A stretch of 12,085 nt of DNA, from NCBI GenBank assembly GCA_963830915.1, contig CAWHOE010000074.1, positions 1 through 12,085 of the forward strand. Reading direction: 5' to 3'. Positions within the stretch are counted from its first letter, which is position 1. Every line of letters starts with the position of its first letter. Below, in pieces: positions 1 to 6,780 of this stretch. Position numbers and translations under genes: made by a program. The DNA is from a candidate division FCPU426 bacterium (GTDB lineage Bacteria; Oederibacteriota; Muellerivitia; Muellerivitales; Muellerivitaceae). The notes below the pieces were generated by a model. It did not search any database. It had not been told where the DNA came from and saw only the letters and a list, made by a program, of their open reading frames with translations.

Positions 1-1
1 A

Positions 2-988
2 CGACGCAGTTTCCTCTTCGGCCAGAGCCTCCCCCAGACGGTGGGCGGCAAGCTGGAGAATTACGGCGCTGTTTTCGTCACCTCGCCCGACCCCGCGAAA
101 AGCCGGGCCCAACGGTCGCGGCAGATCCTGGAGCTGGCAGGCCGCATCCACCGGTTCGCGCTAAGGGAACTGGGGGGGCCGGCCCTGGTGGGCGTCGGCG
201 AAAGCGTGCCCCGCGGGGAACCCCTGGGAGAATCCTACCGGCACGCGGTCCTGGCCCTTCATCTGGGAAGCCAAACGGGAAAGGACATCTCCAGCCACGA
301 TTCCACCCTGGAATTGGGGACGAAGGGCCTGCTCGAACTCCACCATCTCTTGTCGGCTATGGGACGCCAATTGGCCCTGGCCTCGCTCGCGGATATGGAG
401 GTGCTCCAAAACGACTACCTCAAGCAGGTCCTCACCCTTTCTTTCCAGAACCCGGTCGAGATCCGCTGGCATCTTCAATACGCCCTCCTCCATTTGATCG
501 AGGCCCTTCGGCAGGGGATCCATTTGGGGGAAAAGGAGACGAATGGGATATACCGGGAACTGGCCCTTTCGCTGGAAAAAGCCGCGACGACCCAAGACTT
601 GGTATTGACCTTCAAGGCGGCCTTGACCAAGCTTTTGGAACGGACCGAACGCCGGAACACCCTGAATGCCACAGGTTCGGTACGCGCGGTCCGGGAGCAT
701 ATCGATACGCATTTTCGGGAGGCCCTCCCGATCGAATCCCTGGCCCGGATGGCGGGTGTCTCGGTCTCGACCTTCAGCCGGCATTTCAAGAAATTGACCG
801 GGATCGGACTGGAACCCTACCTGTTGAACCTGCGCCTGGAGGAGGCCAAGAGGCTCCTGAAGACTGGAGGCCTCCCGGTCTCAAGGGTCGCCCAGGATTG
901 CGGGTTCCATTCCAGCGCCTATTTCGTGAAGGTGTTCGGGAAAAGGATGGGTGTCACGCCCGGGGAATACCGTCGGAAATTCCAATGA
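2..988 (+). CDS. AraC/XylS-family transcriptional regulator, 5'-truncated by the window edge (C-terminal double HTH; preceding region resembles the GGDEF-like domain of CdaR/PucR/YesN-type regulators)
   Basis: The frame is open from position 2 (CGA CGC AGT...) through GTG at 41 to TGA at 986-988. The C-terminus has the AraC signature: 'IESLARMAGVSVSTFSRHFKKLTG...RLEEAKRLL...VSRVAQDCGFHSSAYFVKVFGKRMGVTPGEYR'. The upstream 'VGVGE...SYRHAVLAL' resembles the GGDEF-like linker domain. Confidence 0.93.
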   Translation, partial: RRSFLFGQSLPQTVGGKLENYGAVFVTSPDPAKSRAQRSRQILELAGRIHRFALRELGGPALVGVGESVPRGEPLGESYRHAVLALHLGSQTGKDISSHDSTLELGTKGLLELHHLLSAMGRQLALASLADMEVLQNDYLKQVLTLSFQNPVEIRWHLQYALLHLIEALRQGIHLGEKETNGIYRELALSLEKAATTQDLVLTFKAALTKLLERTERRNTLNATGSVRAVREHIDTHFREALPIESLARMAGVSVSTFSRHFKKLTGIGLEPYLLNLRLEEAKRLLKTGGLPVSRVAQDCGFHSSAYFVKVFGKRMGVTPGEYRRKFQ

Positions 989-1184
989 CCCTGACTTTCC
1001 TGCCCCGATAGGCCCACCCTCCGGGAAGAAATAAAAAACAATTAGAATGACGTTATAGTTATAGCGTTGTCAGCTTTCGGAAAGCCGGCGGAAGAATTCC
1101 GCCAATCGTCCTTTCCTCCGCGCTTTTTTGTCCTCCTGAGCGCGGACCACCTTAACCTTAAAGCGTTTGGTTTAACCTTGGAGT

Positions 1185-1198
1185 TGCAAGCGCTTTCA
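1185..1198. promoter_or_regulatory. LacI-family / cre-like palindromic operator TGCAAGCGCTTTCA
   Basis: One mismatch from the perfect palindrome TGAAAGCGCTTTCA. It has the central CG and flanking A/T arms typical of LacI/GalR/CcpA operators and lies directly upstream of glycoside hydrolase genes. Confidence 0.65.
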
Positions 1199-1200
1199 TG

Positions 1201-1217
1201 CTGGAACGAAATTTGCC
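1201..1217 (+). promoter_or_regulatory. Putative sigma54 (RpoN) -24/-12 promoter CTGGAACGAAATTTGCC
   Basis: Close match to YTGGCACGRNNNTTGC. GG at 1203-1204 and GC at 1215-1216 are exactly 10 nt apart. The predicted start site (~1228) is about 47 nt before the PilZ ATG. Confidence 0.6.
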
Positions 1218-1274
1218 TTAAATCCCTACAAGCGCGAAGGAACTACTTCAGCATCCATTCCGAAGGGGCCGTCC

Positions 1275-1679
1275 ATGACTAACTTCACCAGGAACGAAAG
1301 ACGCCGCCACCCAAGGATCCCGATCAAAGTCCCCTTCAAGTACCAGATCAACGAGGGGAAGAAGATCCTTAAAACCAAGGACCACCTACTCCGCGGCACC
1401 CGGCACGGGTTCACCCTGGACCTGGGATTGGGCGGAATGAGAGTGGTTTTGGACGATCCACTTCGAGTGGGGGATGTGGTGCCGTTCGAAATCTTCCTGT
1501 TCCACAAGATGAACCGGGTCAAGGTCTTTTCCCGGGTGCAATGGGTTGGCCCCAAAAGCCTGGGGATCCGCTTCCTCCTGATGAAACCGGAGGAATCCTT
1601 TTGCGTGGAGCAATTCCTGGAATCTGCCTCTCGGGCGCGGACCACCGCCGCTACCCTCGATCAGCCGGCCCTGAGGTGA
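1275..1679 (+). CDS. Stand-alone PilZ-domain protein (putative c-di-GMP receptor)
   Basis: RxxxR switch motif (ERRRHPRIP), a second motif DLGLGGM (canonical D/N-x-S-x-x-G), and the typical late strands 'RVQWV...LGIRFL'. SD-like GAAGGGG upstream. Confidence 0.85.
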   Translation: MTNFTRNERRRHPRIPIKVPFKYQINEGKKILKTKDHLLRGTRHGFTLDLGLGGMRVVLDDPLRVGDVVPFEIFLFHKMNRVKVFSRVQWVGPKSLGIRFLLMKPEESFCVEQFLESASRARTTAATLDQPALR

Positions 1680-1684
1680 AACCC

Positions 1685-1762
1685 ATGGAACATTTTAAGG
1701 ACAGGCCGGTGACGGAACTGGTGCCCGCCTATCCGGCACGTGAGGGAGAAGATAAGCGGTGA
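1685..1762 (+). CDS. Possible 25-aa small ORF (MEHFKDRPVTELVPAYPAREGEDKR) bridging the PilZ and GH74 genes
   Basis: Strong SD GAGGTG at 1673-1678 (overlapping the PilZ stop) lies 6 nt before ATG 1685. Its TGA overlaps the GH74 GTG start (GTGA, 1759-1762). No recognisable homology. Confidence 0.3.
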   Translation: MEHFKDRPVTELVPAYPAREGEDKR

Positions 1763-4700
1763 GAAAAAGGCGGATGGAAATGGGACGATTCGCTGGGTGG
1801 TGGGGCGGGGCGTTGTTTTTTCTCGCCGGGTCCGCCCTGGGCCAGACCTATACCTGGAAAAACGTCACTTTTCCGGCGGGCGGATATGTGGCCGGGGTCG
1901 AGTATAGCCATGTCCAGTCAGGGCTCGTGTATGCCCGCACCGACATGGGCGGCGCCTACCGCTGGGACAATGGGAACCAGGTCTGGGTGCCCCTGACCGA
2001 CTGGCTTCGGGATTGGAACCTCTACGGCATCGAAAGTATCGCTCCGGACCCGGTTAACGCCAACGTGGTCTACGCCGCCATCGGCCAGACCTACAACGGG
2101 ACCAACGGTTTTCTCATCGCCTCTAACGACCAGGGAAATACCTGGACCCAATACAACCTGCCTGCCCTCGTGGGGGGCAACAACGACGGCCGCAACGCCG
2201 GGGAACGCCTGGCGGTGGACCCCAATCTGACCTCCATCCTCTTCTTCGGTTCCCGAAGCAACGGTCTCCTGAAAAGCGTGAACTCCGCCGCCAACTGGGT
2301 CCCGGTCACCAGTTTCCCCGTGAACGGAGACGCGGGTTTTGGGCTCAGCTTCGTCATCTTCGATCCCCGCGGCGGCGCCCCCGGCACGGCCACCCAAACC
2401 ATCTACGTGGGTGTGGAAGCCATGAACTCGGGCAACAGCAACCTCTACCGTTCCACCAACGGGGGGACCAGCTGGACACTCATCCCCGGCGGGCCCGCCA
2501 ACCGGGTCCCGCCCCACGCCTCCCTGGGGAGCGACGGCAACCTCTGGATCAATTACGACGCGGGCTATTACGGGCCCAACGGGATCACCTCGGGTCAGGT
2601 GTGGAAGCTCAATACCGCTACCCTGGCCTGGACCCAGATCACGAACCTGCCCGCCAGCGGCGGGGGCTACGGCGGCATCTGCGTCGACCAGGAAAATCCC
2701 CAGCATGTCATTGTCTCCACACTCGACTGGTGGAATCCGGACAAGATCTGGGGCACGGTCAACGGCGGGGCGGCCTGGACCACGGTGGGCAACAGCGGCG
2801 GGGCGAACCAGACCAGCTATAACGCGAACGGGGTGGGGTGGATCTACTGGTGCGGCAACAACGCCGGGTCGGGAGGATGGATGGGGGACGTGGAGATCGA
2901 CCCATTCAATTCCAACAACGCGATCTACACCACGGGCCAGGGCGTCTACAGCACGACGAGCCTTCTCAACACACCTTCCGCCGCCATCACCTGGGCCTTC
3001 ACCGACTACGGGCTGGAGGAAACGGCGGTGCTGGACATGACCACGTCGGTCAAGGGGGGGATGGTTTTCAGCGCCGTAAGGGACATCACCGGCATGCGCA
3101 GCACCGATCCCACCCGGTCGCCCACGAGCATGTACTGTCCCCGCATCGTCAACAACACGAGCGGGGTGGATTTCGCCGAGAACGCGAGCGTGGTCGTCCG
3201 CGTCGGCGACCTTAGCCCCTGGGGCGGGTATTCCACCGACAACGGGGCCACCTGGACACCCTTCACCACGGCGCCGCCGGGGACTCACAACCAGATCTCG
3301 GTTTCGGCGGATGGCACGATCTTTCTCTGGGCGCCCTCCAACCAAGCGCCCAGCTATTCCACCAACAACGGGGCCTCCTGGAACGGCAGCGCGGGATTAC
3401 CCGGGGCCGTCCAGGTCGAGTCGGACCGGGTCAACGACAACTTCTACGCGGTTTCCGGCAATACCCTCTATGTGAGCACGAACGGGGGCGTAAATTTCAA
3501 CGCCGCCGGCACCTTCGGGGGAGGCCTGTCCTGGGCCAACCGTCCCCGGGCCGTCTTCGGCGTCGCGGGCGAGGTCTGGGTACCGACCTCCAACGGCCTC
3601 TACCGTTTCACCAATGTGGGGCTGGGTGCGGTCACCACCGCCCAGATCGCCAACGTCTCCAACGCCACCGCGGTGGGGTTCGGACGGGCGGCCCCGGGAC
3701 AGACCCACCCGACGGTGTACCTGGTAGGCACGGTCAATGGCACCTACGGGTTCTTCCGCTGTGACGACGGGGTGGGCACCGCCTGGACCCGGGTGAACGA
3801 CAACCAGCACCAGTTCGGAAGCCCCTCCTTCTGCGCCGGGGACGAGCAGGTTTACGGCCGTATCTATCTGGGCACCAATGGGCGGGGCATCCTATACGGG
3901 GACCTAGCCTCGGTTTCCACTCCCACACCGACCGTCACCCTGACGGCCACCGCCACGAACAGCCGCACGGCCACCCCGACGGCCACCTATTCGATGACGC
4001 CCAGTTCGACAGCCTCCCGGACTCCGACGGCCACATCAACAATGACTGGGACGGCGTCCCTCACCGCTACGCCGTCGTCTTCGCCAACCAAAACCCCGAC
4101 CCTGACGATGACCGCCACATCGACCTACACTTCAACCGCGACCCCGACCTCCACGGCGACCCGCGCAGCCACTTCTTCCTCCACCGTTACCAACACCTTG
4201 ACCACCACACCCACCCTGACCTCCACGGGGACCCTGACTTTTACGATGACAACTACTCCAACATCCACCTTGACCGCCACCCGAACATTCTCCTTCACCC
4301 CCACCGCGACGACCACCCTGACCCCAACCACTCCTTACAGCCCGACCTCTACCTCGACGGCTGTCTTCAGCCCAACAGCCACATTCACCAGGACCGGTAT
4401 ATCGACCGCGACTTCCACACCTACCTCGACCGCTTCCGGCACCCCGACATTCACTTCAACTTCGACCCCCAGCCTGACCTGGTCCCCCACCCCATCCCCG
4501 ACGAACAGCTTTTCGCCCACTTCGACCTTCACGGCGGTTTTCACCCCCACCCTGACTCCCAGTTGGACCCCGACATTCACACCCACGACCACCTGGACCC
4601 CCACCCCCACCTGGACCTCCAGCTTTAGCCCGACTTCGACCTTCAGTCCCACCCCTGTCCCGCAGAAATTCCCGGTCATCTATCCCAACCCCGTGAATGG

Positions 4701-4941
4701 TCCCGGGCCGGTCAATGTCCGTCTCCCCACTTTCACGGGCCCCTGCGACGTAAGGGTGCAGGTCTACACCCTGGCCTTCCGCAAGGTCCAGGAAAACACC
4801 TATCGGAAGATGTGGCCTGGTCAGGACTGTTCGATCCCGATGACGGATGGTTCCAATCGTCCTCTGGCCAACGGGCTCTATTACGTGGTGGTGACGACCG
4901 GGGAGGAACGCTCAATCGGGAAAATGCTGATCTTGCGCTAG
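1759..4941 (+). CDS. Secreted GH74 xyloglucanase (endo-beta-1,4-glucanase) with a long Thr/Pro/Ser linker and a C-terminal YPNP (T9SS-CTD/FlgD-Ig-like) domain
   Basis: Signal peptide ending ...AGSALG|Q. GH74 hallmarks: 'YTWKNV..GGYV.G', catalytic 'YARTDMGGAYRW' (Asp at 1942), 'GGNNDGRNAGERLAVDPN', Asp-box repeats (SxDxGxTW), second catalytic Asp in 'SAVRDITG' (3082), and terminal 'YGRIYLGTNGRGILYGD'. Linker ~3910-4662, CTD 4669-4938. The exact start is uncertain (GTG 1759 or a downstream ATG). Confidence 0.95.
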   Translation: MRKRRMEMGRFAGWWGGALFFLAGSALGQTYTWKNVTFPAGGYVAGVEYSHVQSGLVYARTDMGGAYRWDNGNQVWVPLTDWLRDWNLYGIESIAPDPVNANVVYAAIGQTYNGTNGFLIASNDQGNTWTQYNLPALVGGNNDGRNAGERLAVDPNLTSILFFGSRSNGLLKSVNSAANWVPVTSFPVNGDAGFGLSFVIFDPRGGAPGTATQTIYVGVEAMNSGNSNLYRSTNGGTSWTLIPGGPANRVPPHASLGSDGNLWINYDAGYYGPNGITSGQVWKLNTATLAWTQITNLPASGGGYGGICVDQENPQHVIVSTLDWWNPDKIWGTVNGGAAWTTVGNSGGANQTSYNANGVGWIYWCGNNAGSGGWMGDVEIDPFNSNNAIYTTGQGVYSTTSLLNTPSAAITWAFTDYGLEETAVLDMTTSVKGGMVFSAVRDITGMRSTDPTRSPTSMYCPRIVNNTSGVDFAENASVVVRVGDLSPWGGYSTDNGATWTPFTTAPPGTHNQISVSADGTIFLWAPSNQAPSYSTNNGASWNGSAGLPGAVQVESDRVNDNFYAVSGNTLYVSTNGGVNFNAAGTFGGGLSWANRPRAVFGVAGEVWVPTSNGLYRFTNVGLGAVTTAQIANVSNATAVGFGRAAPGQTHPTVYLVGTVNGTYGFFRCDDGVGTAWTRVNDNQHQFGSPSFCAGDEQVYGRIYLGTNGRGILYGDLASVSTPTPTVTLTATATNSRTATPTATYSMTPSSTASRTPTATSTMTGTASLTATPSSSPTKTPTLTMTATSTYTSTATPTSTATRAATSSSTVTNTLTTTPTLTSTGTLTFTMTTTPTSTLTATRTFSFTPTATTTLTPTTPYSPTSTSTAVFSPTATFTRTGISTATSTPTSTASGTPTFTSTSTPSLTWSPTPSPTNSFSPTSTFTAVFTPTLTPSWTPTFTPTTTWTPTPTWTSSFSPTSTFSPTPVPQKFPVIYPNPVNGPGPVNVRLPTFTGPCDVRVQVYTLAFRKVQENTYRKMWPGQDCSIPMTDGSNRPLANGLYYVVVTTGEERSIGKMLILR
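3910..4662 (+). repeat. Low-complexity Thr/Pro/Ser linker-coding region (~250 aa; TPT/TAT/FSPT motifs)
   Basis: The translation is dominated by xT repeats (TPTATST, FSPTSTF, TWTPT) encoded by ACN-rich codons. There is no exact DNA tandem unit. Confidence 0.9.
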
Positions 4942-5001
4942 AAACCAATATCGAGTTGGGGCGGGCAGGGAAGGGTTTAAAAAAAATAGTGGAGGTCGGG
5001 G

Positions 5002-6780
5002 ATGAAAATGCTCAAGTCCATGTTGACGGTTCTCGTGATCCTGTTCTTAGGAGCCAACCTTTCCGCGCTTTACGCCCAGACAACGTCCTTCGTCGGTTGC
5101 CACGGACAGCTGAAGGTCGTCGGTAACCGGATCGTCGACGCCAACGGCCAACAGATCACCCTGCGCGGGATGTCCTTGTACGCGTGGGCTTCCCAGGGCC
5201 TGCAATACTACAACCCCACCGCGATCGCCCGGCTGGTCAATGAATGGAAATGCACGGTCCTTCGAATCCCCATCCTTCCGGGAAGCGTCAGTTCCCAGGA
5301 AAGTTTGGTCCGGACGGCGGTCGACGCCTGCATCGCGAACGGAATTTACGCGATCATTGATTGGCACTCGGAGGGCGGCGCCGTCGCGGCGGATTGCGCG
5401 GCTTTTATGCAGAGGATGGCGACGACCTACGGAAAATCGCCCAATGTGATGTATGAACCCTGGAACGAGCCGGTCAATGAATCCTGGGCCACGGTCAAGG
5501 CCTATCATGAACAGGTCATCGCGGCCATCCGCCCGCTCGACCCGGACAAGATCATCTTCTGCGGCAACCCGCAATGGGACCAGACCCCGCAAACCGCTGC
5601 CGCCGATCCGATCACGACCACAAAAAATATCGCCTATGTGGTGCACTTTTATGCCGCGTCACATGGCCAGTGGCTGATCAATAACGCGGCGGCGGCATTG
5701 AATGAAGGGGCGGCTGTCTTCGCCACCGAATACGGGACCTGCGAAGCCAGCGGAAACGGCACCTTTGATCCGGCGGAAACCCAGGTTTGGTGGGACTTCC
5801 TGAACGCCAACGGAGTGGGACACACCAACTGGTCGGTCTCCGCGCTGGGTGAAACGAGCGCGGTCTTTAATCCCGGAACCAGCGCGACCGCATGGACCGA
5901 CGCCGACCTGAAACCATCCGGTGTTTTGGTGAAGAACTATATCGTGCAGATGAATAGTCCTTTATTTGGGACTTGCGGCGCTTCGTCGCCGGTTCCCACG
6001 AGCACCTTGACGTTCACTCCCACCCCGATCATCGCGTCCACCTGGCGCGTGAACGCGGGCGGTCCGGCTTATACGGACACGACCGGCAACCTTTGGTCGG
6101 CCGATACCAATTTCACGGGTGGGACCGCGGCGAACCAGGGAACCACCATCAATGGAACCGTCAACCCGACCCTCTATGACACCCAGCGCTACGGCGGCAG
6201 CTTCAGCTATGTGTTCAATGTTCCCGCCGGGACCTATCAGGCCACGCTGCAGTTCGCGGAAACCTATCCCGGTGATTTCGCGGCCGGGGACAGGGTGTTC
6301 AACGTCCTGGTGAACGGGACCACGGTCTTGACGAACCTGGACGTCTTCGCCCAAGTCGGGGCGAACACCGCGCTGAACGAGGTTTTCAACAATATCGCGC
6401 CCAGCGGGGGAGCGATCACGCTCCAGTTCGTCGGGACCGCCAGCAAAGACAATAACGCCATCGTGGAGGGGATCCAGATCGTTCCCCAGCCTCTGATACT
6501 TACGGTGACCCCGACGAAAAGCGCCACCTTTTCGCCCACCAAAACCATGACCAGTACGGCTACGGCGACTACGACGTTCACTTTCACAGCGACCAACACG
6601 AACACGCCGGTTCCGCCCACGGTCACGGCGACGAATACACCGGTGCCTCCGACCTCCACACCGACCTCCCCGCTTCTAACGCCCACCTCCACATCCACGT
6701 CGGTCCCGCCCACTCCTACAGCGACCAGCGCGCTCGGCAAGAACGGGCTCTGGCCGGGCCCCGGAAATGGGTTGGAATAA
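5002..6780 (+). CDS. GH5 (subfamily 2-like) endoglucanase + malectin domain + Thr linker; probably the N-terminal part of a frameshifted GH5-GH27 multimodular gene (5002-9784)
   Basis: GGAGG SD at 4991-4995 and signal peptide ...LSALYA|Q. GH5_2 motifs: 'HGQLKVVG', 'LRGMS', 'YAIIDWH', acid/base 'WNEP', 'HFYA', nucleophile 'ATEYG', 'NWS'. Malectin domain ~6040-6489. The ORF ends in 'ALGKNGL...', the start of a GH27 domain, and has no C-terminal sorting domain. Confidence 0.92.
   Translation: MKMLKSMLTVLVILFLGANLSALYAQTTSFVGCHGQLKVVGNRIVDANGQQITLRGMSLYAWASQGLQYYNPTAIARLVNEWKCTVLRIPILPGSVSSQESLVRTAVDACIANGIYAIIDWHSEGGAVAADCAAFMQRMATTYGKSPNVMYEPWNEPVNESWATVKAYHEQVIAAIRPLDPDKIIFCGNPQWDQTPQTAAADPITTTKNIAYVVHFYAASHGQWLINNAAAALNEGAAVFATEYGTCEASGNGTFDPAETQVWWDFLNANGVGHTNWSVSALGETSAVFNPGTSATAWTDADLKPSGVLVKNYIVQMNSPLFGTCGASSPVPTSTLTFTPTPIIASTWRVNAGGPAYTDTTGNLWSADTNFTGGTAANQGTTINGTVNPTLYDTQRYGGSFSYVFNVPAGTYQATLQFAETYPGDFAAGDRVFNVLVNGTTVLTNLDVFAQVGANTALNEVFNNIAPSGGAITLQFVGTASKDNNAIVEGIQIVPQPLILTVTPTKSATFSPTKTMTSTATATTTFTFTATNTNTPVPPTVTATNTPVPPTSTPTSPLLTPTSTSTSVPPTPTATSALGKNGLWPGPGNGLE
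6016..6492 (+). repeat. Malectin-module direct repeat, copy 1 (copy 2 at 7850-8326)
   Basis: Colinear with copy 2 without indels at an offset of 1834 bp. 16 differences in 159 aa (~90% identity). Contains a 77-bp identical block (6121-6197 = 7955-8031). Confidence 0.95.

Noticed and set aside
989..1274. c-di-GMP riboswitch or other ncRNA upstream of pilZ; 71-aa ORF 1067-1282
   Set aside because: I could not find GEMM-type conserved elements by eye (an Rfam/Infernal scan would be decisive). The ORF has a TTG start, no motifs, and overlaps regulatory sites.
1918..3345. Long minus-strand ORF (475 aa) and other antisense or alternative-frame ORFs inside the GH74, GH5, GH27, AraC and TolC genes
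   Set aside because: They fully overlap well-supported genes, have no motifs, and are expected from stop-codon scarcity in GC-rich DNA.
4125..4679. Val/Gly-rich minus-strand ORFs (4125-4331, 4335-4679; also 6264-6740, 8179-8598, 8602-9042)
   Set aside because: Antisense shadows of ACN (Thr)/CCN (Pro) codons in the linkers, not membrane proteins.
4942..5001. Terminator or promoter between GH74 and GH5
   Set aside because: No stable hairpin with a U-tract and no convincing promoter. Only an A-tract before the GGAGG SD, consistent with read-through.
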